The notes under the pieces were generated by a model, which saw nothing but the letters and a program-made list of their open reading frames with translations, made no database searches and was not told where the DNA came from. From NCBI GenBank assembly GCA_021796535.1, contig JAKABW010000008.1, positions 5,707-69,706 of the forward strand: a stretch of 64,000 nucleotides of DNA. The letters are read 5' to 3'. The stretch is from Actinomycetes bacterium (lineage in GTDB: Bacteria; Actinomycetota; Acidimicrobiia; Acidimicrobiales; Bog-793). A program made the translations under genes and the position numbers. Position 1 is the stretch's first letter; every line of letters starts with the position of its first letter. Positions 36,462 through 45,968 of the stretch are shown one piece after another.

Positions 36462-39383
36462 CTACAGACTGCGCTCTATTTCCCGCTCTTCGTAAGTCTC
36501 AATTACGTCTCCCGACTTCAGGTCGGAGAAATCACTCAGCCCTATGCCGCATTCAAAACCGGCCTGCACCTCACGGACGTCTTCTTTGAATCTCTTCAGA
36601 GAAGTGATGGTCCCTTTCCAGATAATGGTTCCGTCACGCAGGAATCTTACCTTTGAACCGCGGGTAATGGCACCGTTTTGCACGTAGCATCCGGCAATTG
36701 CTCCGATCTTGGGTACTCTGAAAATTTCACGCACTTCGGCGTCTCCCGTGACAATTTCTTGATATACGGGAGCGAGCATGCCGATCATGGCCGCTTGGAT
36801 CTCTTCGATAAGCTTATAAATGATCTCGTAAGTTCTGATTTCGACGCGTTGGAACTCCGCCAGTTCTCTGGCCTGTCTGCTGGGTCTCACGTTGAAGCCT
36901 ATTATTGTGGCCTTGGAAGCCACGGCAAGCTGTACGTCGTTTTCGGTAATACCGCCCACGCCTCTTTGAACAAAAACGATTTTTACGTCATCGTTTTCAA
37001 GTTTGCGCAAAGATTCGGTGATCGCTTCCAAAGAGCCTTGAACGTCGGCTTTCAGAACAAGCGTCAGAGTTGCGGTTTCTCCGCGTTGGATTTGTTCGAA
37101 AATGTCCTCCAGCTTTGCACCGGAACCTGTTACTATCCCTTGGTTGTGTCCTGCCAAGCGGGCCCTCTGCTCCCTTTTCTCGCCTATGGTCCGGGCGGTT
37201 GCCGCGTCCGCGGTAACTCTGACTTCCTCTCCGGCGGGCGGCGGCTCGGACAAACCGAGTATCTGAACCGGAGCCGAGGGGAAAGCCTCTTTTATCTGGA
37301 CACCTTGGTCGTTTATCAGTGCCTTGACTTTTCCCCAGGCAGAACCGGCCACAAGCGGATCTCCCACTCTGAGGATACCCTTTTGCACAACGGCGGTGGC
37401 CACAGCCCCTCTGCCTATGTCAAGATTGGATTCCAAGACGGTGGCTCTGGCTTTTCCTTCGTAAGGGGCTTTCAGCTCCAAAACCTCAGAAAGGACCAAA
37501 ACCTGATCCAGCAACTCTTCTATACCCAGATTTTGCAGGGCCGAAATTTCAACAGTTATCGTGTCTCCGCCCCATGACTCCGGCAACAAACCGTGCTCGG
37601 CAAGCTGCTGCATAACTTTTGTCGGATCCGCATCGGGACGGTCAATCTTGTTGACGGCGGTGATAATCGGCACTTCGGCCGCTTTGGCGTGATTGATCGC
37701 TTCGACAGTCTGCGGCATGACGCCGTCGTTTGCCGCCACAACCAAAATAACGACATCCGTAACTTTTGCCCCGCGCGCACGCATTTGGGTAAACGCTTCG
37801 TGTCCTGGCGTGTCGATGAAAGTTATCAGGCGCCCGTTTCTTTCCACCTGATAGGCCCCGATATGTTGTGTGATTCCACCGGCTTCCCCCTGCACGACGT
37901 TGGCATTTCTGATCCTGTCCAGCAAAAGCGTCTTTCCGTGATCGACATGACCCATGACGGTGACGATCGGCGGGCGCGGGCGCGGTGCGGCCGTTTCTTC
38001 GTCTTCTTCGGCGAAGAATTTTGCGGTCAGCATGGCCTCTTGCTCTTCTCCCGGATCCACCAGCGTTACTTTGGCGCCGAGCTCCAGGGCAAAAAGATCG
38101 ATCATTTCGTCGGTAAGAGACTGTGTGGCGGTTACCACTTCACCCTGCAGAAACAAAAAGCGGATAACGTCGCCGGCGGATCTGTTGAGCTTCGGACCGA
38201 CTTCTTGCGGCGTCGAACCGCGCTCGATGATGATCTCCCCTTCGGGGATCGGCGCATTCGAAGGAGTATAAGCCGTTACTTGTATCGGCTCGAGCTCTTC
38301 CACCGCCCTCTTGCGTCTCTGAGTCTTTTTTTGCGGAGCGGATCTTCCCCTGGAACCGGGCCCTCCGCGGGAAGGGGCCGAGGCAGGCATTTGCCCGGGA
38401 CCCTGAGATGGCGAAGACCTGAGCCCGAGGAAATTGCCGGCCTGTTTTCCCGGAGCGGGCGAAGTGCCCTGTCCGGCCGGACGGCGCGGCGGGGCAGAAC
38501 CAGGACCCCTGTAGGAGGGAGAGGATTGCCTGTTGTCGGCGGGCTTGTTGGGCGAATTGTGAAAACGCGACCCCTGAGGAGCCGGCGAAGCGCCGGGGGC
38601 ACCGGCTGTCGGCGGCTTCGGAGCGCGCGTCCTTCCCCCCATACCGGGGGGAGGAGGGATGGGTTTGCCGGAAAAAGACTTCATGGAAGCGCCCGGCGGA
38701 GCGGGAATGGGTTTGCCGGAAAAGCTCAGAACCTGCTTCGGTTCCCCGGTGCCTTTTGGCCCGTTTTCCCGGCTTCCCCGTGTATCCCCGGAATGCGCAT
38801 AATCCTGTCTGGGTGCCGGCTTCCCCTGATGACGCTGGGGTTTTTTTTCGGCCTCGGTTTGCCTGGGATGCGGCTGGGGAGAACGCACATGTTCCGCAAG
38901 TTCACTTGCGGGACGACTTCTGATGACTTTGCCGTGCTCTCCGGCGACAACGGCGGCTTCCTTCTCGAAAGGACTCAATACGGCCTCGCCGCCAATCGGC
39001 ACATTGCCGCCTGTCGGCGGCACCGATCTGATTTTTTTAACATGGGAAGAGTCTTCTGAATTTTTTTCAATTTCCGTCGATATCTCGTTTAAACGGTCTT
39101 TTTGTTTTCTTTCTTCCGTTTCTTTGGAAACGGAAGACTTTTTACCGGGAGTTTCTTTCTCCGCGATGGCGGCTTCATCCACGGCCGATAACCCGGTCAT
39201 CTGCGGCGGCTTGACAAGCCCTTCTCTTTCCGCTTTTCTGCGGACACGATCCGCCTGCGCGTCTTCGATTGAGGATGAATGGCTTTTTACTTCAATACCT
39301 AAAGCGATGCAAAGATCCAGCGCTCCTTTGTTATCCAAACCGAGTTCTCGCGCCAACTCATATACGCGAATCCTTTTAGCCAA
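36462..39383 (-). CDS. infB: Translation initiation factor IF-2
   Basis: [14 protein letters not shown] start (TTG). A Pro/Gly-rich N-terminal region precedes the GTPase motifs [16 protein letters not shown] and NKID. Confidence 0.95.
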   Translation of the reverse strand: MAKRIRVYELARELGLDNKGALDLCIALGIEVKSHSSSIEDAQADRVRRKAEREGLVKPPQMTGLSAVDEAAIAEKETPGKKSSVSKETEERKQKDRLNEISTEIEKNSEDSSHVKKIRSVPPTGGNVPIGGEAVLSPFEKEAAVVAGEHGKVIRSRPASELAEHVRSPQPHPRQTEAEKKPQRHQGKPAPRQDYAHSGDTRGSRENGPKGTGEPKQVLSFSGKPIPAPPGASMKSFSGKPIPPPPGMGGRTRAPKPPTAGAPGASPAPQGSRFHNSPNKPADNRQSSPSYRGPGSAPPRRPAGQGTSPAPGKQAGNFLGLRSSPSQGPGQMPASAPSRGGPGSRGRSAPQKKTQRRKRAVEELEPIQVTAYTPSNAPIPEGEIIIERGSTPQEVGPKLNRSAGDVIRFLFLQGEVVTATQSLTDEMIDLFALELGAKVTLVDPGEEQEAMLTAKFFAEEDEETAAPRPRPPIVTVMGHVDHGKTLLLDRIRNANVVQGEAGGITQHIGAYQVERNGRLITFIDTPGHEAFTQMRARGAKVTDVVILVVAANDGVMPQTVEAINHAKAAEVPIITAVNKIDRPDADPTKVMQQLAEHGLLPESWGGDTITVEISALQNLGIEELLDQVLVLSEVLELKAPYEGKARATVLESNLDIGRGAVATAVVQKGILRVGDPLVAGSAWGKVKALINDQGVQIKEAFPSAPVQILGLSEPPPAGEEVRVTADAATARTIGEKREQRARLAGHNQGIVTGSGAKLEDIFEQIQRGETATLTLVLKADVQGSLEAITESLRKLENDDVKIVFVQRGVGGITENDVQLAVASKATIIGFNVRPSRQARELAEFQRVEIRTYEIIYKLIEEIQAAMIGMLAPVYQEIVTGDAEVREIFRVPKIGAIAGCYVQNGAITRGSKVRFLRDGTIIWKGTITSLKRFKEDVREVQAGFECGIGLSDFSDLKSGDVIETYEEREIERSL

Positions 39384-39452
39384 CTACCCAGTCAGTCCCT
39401 TCTAGACTCCTCAAACAGGTTTGACATAAACCTGTGTACCGCATACCTGATT

Positions 39453-39697
39453 ATCATTGACATACCAGGAAAACTAATAATTCCAAACTAGCCTTTCCCA
39501 TACTACCAAGTAGACACTTTCCTATACGCAAATATGGGAAATATATGCGTAATGCTAAAACCGGGCTCCAAAACGCCCCAAAAGATCCGCCTTTTGGTTT
39601 TTCGGCTGCCGGCGGGCAAGTATCTCAAAAAGCACTTTGTTCCCGCTCAAAATAATCTTGCGGCAAAGTTTTGATCTCCCTTAGTGTGCCGGAGCAT
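39453..39697 (-). pseudogene. Possible disrupted ylxQ-like (L7Ae-family) gene remnant between ylxR and infB
   Basis: One minus-strand frame reads ...KLCRKIILSGNKVLFEILARRQPKNQKADLLGRFGARF[TAG]HYAYIFPYLRIGKCLLGSMGKASLELLVFLVCQ[TGA]. The pattern (RK..SG....., AD, .P(Y/F), LG..GK, hydrophobic strand) follows YlxQ order and spacing. The in-frame TAG is at 39555-39557. An upstream TAA and a frame offset separate it from the only ATG, at 39697. Confidence 0.3.
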
Positions 39698-39735
39698 GCT
39701 TTGAACGCCGAAGGAGGGAAAACCAAAAACCTTTC

Positions 39736-39978
39736 TCAGCAGTTTTCCCTCATGTGCCTTACGACGGAAAAAGAAATCTTTTTACCGAACCTTTTGCTCA
39801 AAATCTCCGACCGGAGGGCTTTTTCCAGGCAGGCTTCATTTCCGGCGCATACCCACGCACCTTTGCCCGTACCCTTGGCGCCGCCGACGGTCAAAACATC
39901 CGGCTCCGCAAAAGAGATACGATCCAAATTGCCGACCCCGTATCTTTTTTTGCACCCTATACACGTACGCACGGGCAT
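39736..39978 (-). CDS. ylxR: YlxR/DUF448 family RNA-binding protein
   Basis: MPVRTCIGCKKRY... is the DUF448 signature (RTCxGCR). It lies immediately downstream of nusA. The longer ORF, running to 40188, overlaps nusA. Confidence 0.8.
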   Translation of the reverse strand: MPVRTCIGCKKRYGVGNLDRISFAEPDVLTVGGAKGTGKGAWVCAGNEACLEKALRSEILSKRFGKKISFSVVRHMRENC

Positions 39979-40033
39979 GCGAAAAGCAGGCGTCACCTGA
40001 AACCGCCAAAAAATTGCAAAAATCCCCGTATCT

Positions 40034-41161
40034 CTATTCGGACAAATCTGATTTTCCGGAAAGTTCTTCCCACTCGGCCAGAGATATGGGGTTGCCGCCT
40101 CCGGCGGGTTGAAACACCATTTCCCCCTGCTCGTTTTCGATCCATTCCCCTTCGGCCCAAGCCGTCGCAAAAATACCGCGTTCTTCATCCCTCAGCTGCG
40201 AATCGCTTTTAATGTCGATACGCCATCCGGTCAGCCTGGCAGCCAGTCTGGCATTTTGGCCTTCTTTGCCGATTGCCAGAGAAAGCTGACTGTCATCGAC
40301 GACTGCCACTGCCGTACCGGAAGCTTCGTCCAGCTGAACTTCCCTGACGACTGCCGGCTGAAGAGCTTGGATAACGAATTCCACCGGGTCGGTGGAGAAA
40401 TGTATAATGTCGACGCGCTCCCCGCGGAGCTCGCCCGTCACCATCCTGACTCTGGCTCCGCGCGGACCGACACACGCGCCCAACGGATCCACGTTTTGGT
40501 CGTTGGACCAAACCGCCATTTTAGTCCTGTGACCTGGCTCTCTGGCACACGCCTTGATTTCGACCACCCCGTTTGCTATCTCGGGCACTTCCAGTTCAAA
40601 GAGACCTTTGATAAGACCGGGGTGGGTTCTTGACACCACTATTTGAGGACCCTTGGTTGTTTTACGCACTTCCACTATGTAGGCTTTTACTCTCGAACCG
40701 TGCTCGTAACGCTCGAACGGCACCTGTTCGGCCTGAGGGAGGAGAGCTTCGATTTTGCCGAGATCCAAAAGTGTATAACGATTGTCGCTCTGCTGGACAA
40801 TACCGGTAACGATGTCGCCTTCCCGTCCGGCATACTCTTGATATTTAAGATCTCTTTCGGCATCCCGAATGCGTTGCGAAATGACCTGCTTTGCCGTCTG
40901 AGCCGCTATCCTGCCAAAATCTGCGGGGGTATCATCCCACTCGCGCACGACATTGCCGTACTCATCCAGTTCCTGACCGTAGACTTTTATCTCTCCGGAA
41001 TCGGAATCTATCGTCACAAAAGCTTCTTCGGCGGCGTTGGGAAGCCTTTTGTAAGCCGCCACCAAAGCATTGGCCAGAGCATCGAGCAAGGTGTCAACCG
41101 ATATACCTTTATCTTGCGCAATTTGATTAATCGCCTCAAAAAAATCAAAATTATTACCCAT
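40034..41161 (-). CDS. nusA: Transcription termination/antitermination factor NusA
   Basis: The start MGNNFDFFEAINQIAQDKGISVDTLLDAL has GGAGA 8 nt upstream. S1 and two KH-like segments are present (GACVGPRGARV, AIGKEGQNARLA). Confidence 0.95.
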   Translation of the reverse strand: MGNNFDFFEAINQIAQDKGISVDTLLDALANALVAAYKRLPNAAEEAFVTIDSDSGEIKVYGQELDEYGNVVREWDDTPADFGRIAAQTAKQVISQRIRDAERDLKYQEYAGREGDIVTGIVQQSDNRYTLLDLGKIEALLPQAEQVPFERYEHGSRVKAYIVEVRKTTKGPQIVVSRTHPGLIKGLFELEVPEIANGVVEIKACAREPGHRTKMAVWSNDQNVDPLGACVGPRGARVRMVTGELRGERVDIIHFSTDPVEFVIQALQPAVVREVQLDEASGTAVAVVDDSQLSLAIGKEGQNARLAARLTGWRIDIKSDSQLRDEERGIFATAWAEGEWIENEQGEMVFQPAGGGNPISLAEWEELSGKSDLSE

Positions 41162-41969
41162 TTTTGGCTCTCCTATCGCTATCACTGTTTGCAGTCTCCC
41201 GGGAGAAATCGGTTTGCCGGGGGTGAGCGGGGGCAAGTGTGCCTTCCGTAACTGTGGTCATGTCGCCGGCAGGCCCATCCGGCAAATCCTCACCGGAAAA
41301 GTATTCCGAATCCGCGTCTGTGTCTCCATAATTTTTATCGGAAGATTCCGCTTTGGATAAGGCCTCCCGCCAATCAAAATACAGATGAGCCTCTTCGATG
41401 TCTTCCGGATCCAAAACAATTCCTTTGTAGAGGGCGAGAGAAACGGAGGGGCCGGCGGTTTCCAACTCGGCGGCATGCACAAAGTCGGCTTTTCCCTCTG
41501 GCGGCGAGGCGGCTGTTTTATCCCCCGTGCTCTTTTTTTTTGCCGCAGAGCGAGAGACCGCATTGACGGGATCCGAGTCCGTGACGTCCGAGATTATTAT
41601 TTCGCTTCCGTCCGTACTTTCCAGGATACCCCAGAGCCTTCTTCTGCCGGCCAAAGCCCGCTTTAATTTGATGGCTATCCTTTTCCCTGCCGCCTTTTGA
41701 AAGTGTTCCGTCCGACGCAGAGGTCTCTCCACGCCCGGGGTGGTGACTTCCAATTCAAAATTCCCCAAAACAGCCAGCAAATCTTCTCTTGTGTCCAAAA
41801 AAGAGGAGAAGCTGCCGCTTATTTCGGCCAATTCGGCAAGATCGAGGGGTTTTGCCGGGCGGTCCAGCATGACAATCAATTTCTCCTGCTGATACCGCAG
41901 ATCGTAGACGGTAACACCCAAGGGAACGCAGAACGCTTCCAATTCCGGCTGTATCGCATCGACTTTCAT
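41154..41969 (-). CDS. rimP: Ribosome maturation factor RimP with an extended acidic C-terminal tail
   Basis: The core LEVTTPGVERPLR is present. ATG 41969 is preceded by GAGGTG. It overlaps the nusA start by 8 nt. Confidence 0.8.
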   Translation of the reverse strand: MKVDAIQPELEAFCVPLGVTVYDLRYQQEKLIVMLDRPAKPLDLAELAEISGSFSSFLDTREDLLAVLGNFELEVTTPGVERPLRRTEHFQKAAGKRIAIKLKRALAGRRRLWGILESTDGSEIIISDVTDSDPVNAVSRSAAKKKSTGDKTAASPPEGKADFVHAAELETAGPSVSLALYKGIVLDPEDIEEAHLYFDWREALSKAESSDKNYGDTDADSEYFSGEDLPDGPAGDMTTVTEGTLAPAHPRQTDFSRETANSDSDRRAKNG

Positions 41970-42694
41970 GGCATCACCTCTTTTCTGCGCCCGTTCGTTC
42001 TTGTCAGTGTGTCTGAAAATCAAAGACGTGGGTAAAAACCCACGTCGAAACTTGACTATCTGACAACTTTTATAACCAATTAATACCAAAAGCACCGACT
42101 TCTCAGGTTATCCAAACAGCGTTTAAATAACAAAAGAGTCGCTTTGCCCTAAGGGCAGAGTATAGCACATAACACAAAATGCGACGACGCCGAGGATAGT
42201 TTTGTGCGAAGATTTTTTGTCCGCAGTTTCGACCGGCATATTCGAAACGCCAAGGCCGGTTTCGAAAAAAATAATATTTTCTCATCGCCACAACCGGGGA
42301 AACATCGGGCAAAACCAAAAAGACTTGGCTGTCGCACCGGTTTTCTCTGCCGAACTTAAAAGTTTTTCCAAAATACAAAATCATGCCGGACACTTTCCAA
42401 ACAGTGACTCTGTCGCCGCACCGGCGCTCTCTCGCTACAGATAAGGTCGTCGACAAGGAAAAAATTCCAAAGGTATCCCGCCCGGTATGCCGGGAGTTTA
42501 GCCTGGCGGACAGAAGTTCATAACAAAACAAGACCATATGGAAGCAGGGCGCGAAAATTTCATGTTTCAATCTTGTTATAAAAATTTCAAATTCGAAAAT
42601 ATGCAAATTTCATTGTTGTGTTTTCCAATATCTTGTTTACAGCTATAAAAGCATGGCTGCCGGTCTACACAACCATAGCTATACGGGGGTTTCA

Positions 42695-44662
42695 ATGTCA
42701 GTCATCACTGATAACAAGAGCGCGTACGAAAAGCTGCTGCTTATCGGAACCGGTGTTCTGAAAGCCAAATTTACCACACTGCTCCTTGCCGAAAAAAAGC
42801 AGGTTTCCCTGGGAGAACAATTGTTCAAATCGATTCTGCCTCAAATGCTTGCCGCCGTCGACGAAGCATGCCGTTCGGTAAAAAAAATCTACTTCTACGT
42901 AATTCTTGTCGGATTCGATCCGGCCACATCCTCAGAGCATACTCTCGGCGGTGGGAAAGATGGCCTGTCCTCACTGCAAAAAATCTTTCGGGAGAATATG
43001 CACATATATGCGGAGACTCTGACTCCGGCCACGAAGAGGCAAGATGCCGCAAAAAACCACTTTTTCAACCTTTTGCCGTTCGGCGACACAAAAAGCTGTA
43101 AAGACTTTTTTGGCGCGGCAACGGCAAAACAAACGGAAGCTTTCTATGCCGACGGCGGGAAAAAAGACTTTATGAAATTTTTCTCCGGACGCCGCACGGA
43201 GGAGGAAAAAGGTCTTTACAAACACGGGGGTCAAGGAACCGACCCCTCGGAAAATTTATTGGCCGCAGATCGGCTAAGACACTTTATTTTTTTCTTCATC
43301 AGACCGGAAACGGAAGAAGAGCGCTCGGAACAACTGAAATTTGCACAATTCCTCTCTTACTCCGAGAATTTCCTGACACCAGCCAACTTCAAAAACAATT
43401 ATTCTCCGAATCAAAAGACAGCCGAAAGCCTGTATTTTGACAGTGTCGGCACCCACAACGGACAATATATAAGATCTCATCCGCACACCGATGCCGGCAG
43501 TCATCCGCAAAATAAATCTTCCGTTATCTGTGTTGCACACAATTGCGACACTGGCCAACTCATGCTTTCGGACATGATTCTCACCGTACCGATAACCGGG
43601 AACGAATATGAATTGTCAAAATCAGACGTTTTTCTCAACTCCTCAAAACCGTCGCCCTCCTCACGGGAAAAGAATGAAAATTACCCGGAAGGCGCTTTTG
43701 ACAGGCAAAACAACTTAGAAGACAATACACCGATCCATATTGAACAAAAAACAACCGCAAATGAGGATGTACTCGTCATGCCGACAAAAAATCCCGCTCA
43801 TCCGAGCCGTGATCCCAGCGTCACGCAAAACGATTTTAGGGATTTTGGAATTGCTTCGCCGGCACGCAACACCGAGGGGCCTTTTCCGCATGACGTCACG
43901 GCCTCACGGGAAAACATAACGGCGATACCGCGTTCTCAGAAACATTGCCCTTTATATATCCGCGTCCTCGGTCCGGTAAAAATTGTCGGGGGGCGTTTCA
44001 ACTTTGACCACAGCCCCAGACTTTCCGAACTTATCATTTATCTTGCCATGCACCCGGAGGGAATAAACAGCGCCCTCTGGTCAACGGCGCTTTGGCCGGA
44101 AAAAAGAGTGCCGATGCAGACCATAGCCAACAGGCTTTCCGAAGCCAGAAGGGCTCTGGGACATGCAAAGGACAACAAACCGCGTCTGCGGAAAACAGCG
44201 GACAGACACTATATAGCCGATGCCGAAGTGGACTGGTTCTTATTCAAAGAATTGCATGTCCCCGACGCAAGTCTGGAACGGCGGCAAAAAGCATTGGGGC
44301 TTGTCGCCGGACGCCCTTTTATGGGTTTGACACAGGGTTACTGGGTCAATCTCGAAGGCTATCAAGCAGAAATCGAAGAGGCCATAGTGACTTGTGCCAT
44401 ACAGATAGGCCGGTGGTGTCTGGAGTACCAAGATCCGGAACAGGCATTGTGGGCCGCCCTCCAAGCTTTGAAAGCCACCCCTTTTGACGAACGCCTGTAT
44501 CGGCTGCAGATGCGCGCTCATGACATGATGGGAAACCGTTTGGGTATAGAAGAGGTTCTGAACATACTGGCGGCGGTGCTCGAGATAAAAGGCGACCCCC
44601 TCAAAAGCGTTCACCCCCAAACCGCCAACCTCTACAGAATACTGACGGGGAAAATATCTTAA
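42695..44662 (+). CDS. Orphan regulator: an unknown N-terminal region of about 400 aa fused to an OmpR/SARP-type winged helix and a BTAD domain
   Basis: The C-terminal 250 aa reads LYIRVLGPVKIVGG...SPRLSELIIYLAMHPEGINSALWSTALWPE...TIANRLSEARRALG, then DWFLF...L.LV.GRPF, then TPR-like LYRLQMRAHDMMGN. This is a SARP/AfsR/EmbR-type architecture. I recognise no motif in the N-terminus. I prefer the start at 42695 (GGGGG 5 nt upstream) over 42653. Confidence 0.65.
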   Translation: MSVITDNKSAYEKLLLIGTGVLKAKFTTLLLAEKKQVSLGEQLFKSILPQMLAAVDEACRSVKKIYFYVILVGFDPATSSEHTLGGGKDGLSSLQKIFRENMHIYAETLTPATKRQDAAKNHFFNLLPFGDTKSCKDFFGAATAKQTEAFYADGGKKDFMKFFSGRRTEEEKGLYKHGGQGTDPSENLLAADRLRHFIFFFIRPETEEERSEQLKFAQFLSYSENFLTPANFKNNYSPNQKTAESLYFDSVGTHNGQYIRSHPHTDAGSHPQNKSSVICVAHNCDTGQLMLSDMILTVPITGNEYELSKSDVFLNSSKPSPSSREKNENYPEGAFDRQNNLEDNTPIHIEQKTTANEDVLVMPTKNPAHPSRDPSVTQNDFRDFGIASPARNTEGPFPHDVTASRENITAIPRSQKHCPLYIRVLGPVKIVGGRFNFDHSPRLSELIIYLAMHPEGINSALWSTALWPEKRVPMQTIANRLSEARRALGHAKDNKPRLRKTADRHYIADAEVDWFLFKELHVPDASLERRQKALGLVAGRPFMGLTQGYWVNLEGYQAEIEEAIVTCAIQIGRWCLEYQDPEQALWAALQALKATPFDERLYRLQMRAHDMMGNRLGIEEVLNILAAVLEIKGDPLKSVHPQTANLYRILTGKIS

Positions 44663-44730
44663 ACCGGCGGAGAAGGCCTCCCGGCTAAGGACTCTCCTTC
44701 GTAAAGAAAACGTGTCTTTTTGACCTTACG

Positions 44731-45663
44731 TCAGTCGTTTGCTTCTTCTATCAGTCGATCCAAAGTCAGGTCTCCTCCGGATGGCTCCAGAGTGGAAGAT
44801 CCTATGTTAACATCTATATATCTGGGAGTTTCATACATAGTGGAAAAACTGTTGATGGCTTCGCGTACCCGTTCTTTCACAATGGCGGTTTGATCGTCCG
44901 TAGTATCGGGCAGTAAAATAGCGAATTCGTCGCTGCGAAAACGCGCCAAGATATCAGAGCCCCGCAGGTATCCCCTCAAGACAGAAGCCAGTTTGCACAA
45001 AGAGTCGTCGTCGAGTCTCGGTAAATCGCTGCCTCCGTCGGCGTGCTTGTCTACGTCCACATAAATAAGACTTACATACTCCCCTTGGCGCATGGCTCTG
45101 GCGATGGTCTGTTCGGCGATCAATTGCAGGCCGCGCCTGTTCACCAAGCCGGTCAGCTGATCAAAAACGTCCATGGCAAAAGTTCTTATTTCGCTTTCCG
45201 CCAATTCCGCCAAATCCAAAAGTGTTGCGGCGTCATCCTGGGTAAATTTCCTCGGAGCCCCGTCCGCTATATTGAGGGTTCCTATAATGACTCCGTTGGG
45301 AGCAGACACGGGTTTGGCCGCGTAAAATCTCAGGTTCGGCGGACCGGTGACATACTCGTTGTCAAAAAACCGGACGTCCTGCAAAGCGTCTTCCACGATC
45401 AAAATATCGTCCGACAAAATGGCATGCGAACAAAACGACAATTGACGTGGGAGTGGATTCGGCGGAAATCCGTCCGTGGCCAAAAACCTCTGTACTTCGG
45501 CGTCGATCATGGTTATCGAAGACATCTGGGTATTGTAAAACTTTCTTGCCAGTTTGCAGATTCGATCCAGATTGGAGTTGGGTCCCCTGTCTGTCAGATC
45601 CAACGCGTAAAGCGTAGCGAGGCGCTGAGATTCATTTTGGGGAATGGGTGCCAGCATAAACAA
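44731..45663 (-). CDS. GAF domain + GGDEF-family domain protein with a degenerate active site (RSDEF) and a retained RxxD
   Basis: The N-terminal GAF pattern is FCSHAI...LIVEDALQDVRF...NLRFYAAKP. The C-terminus reads QLTGLVNRRG...YVDVD...LRGSDILARFRSDEFAILLP. Confidence 0.75.
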   Translation of the reverse strand: MFMLAPIPQNESQRLATLYALDLTDRGPNSNLDRICKLARKFYNTQMSSITMIDAEVQRFLATDGFPPNPLPRQLSFCSHAILSDDILIVEDALQDVRFFDNEYVTGPPNLRFYAAKPVSAPNGVIIGTLNIADGAPRKFTQDDAATLLDLAELAESEIRTFAMDVFDQLTGLVNRRGLQLIAEQTIARAMRQGEYVSLIYVDVDKHADGGSDLPRLDDDSLCKLASVLRGYLRGSDILARFRSDEFAILLPDTTDDQTAIVKERVREAINSFSTMYETPRYIDVNIGSSTLEPSGGDLTLDRLIEEAND

Positions 45664-45968
45664 CCCTCCTGATCTCCAAAACTATCGTTTCATATTTACC
45701 CATAACAAACAAATCCCTTATACATGGCTAACGGTCAAAAATATTCAAATATGCAGCAATACTTATATATATCCGTAGAGACACGCTTTTTATCCGAGGA
45801 GTGGGGGCATATTGCTAAACCCGTTTATCTATCGTCCACAACAGAGTAGTTTAGGAGGATTACTTTATTAACAGATCGATAAAACTTTAACAATATCTCA
45901 ACAATTTTCAATTTACAATACCAATAAATTGAAAAAACTACCCGGGAACGCGATAAAAATATATACCT

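Noticed and set aside
36678-39059. Plus-strand ORFs of 299 aa and 488 aa (36678..37577 and 37593..39059) covering most of infB.
   Set aside because: Both are codon-aligned antisense to infB, which has unmistakable IF-2 motifs. The antisense translations are Arg/Gly-rich and low in complexity. This is the same codon-bias artefact.
42103-42606. A 167-aa minus-strand ORF filling the rimP / SARP-like intergenic gap.
   Set aside because: The translation is Cys/Arg/Phe-rich and implausible as a protein. It is mutually antisense with a short plus-strand ORF. I have kept the region only as an unexplained gap.
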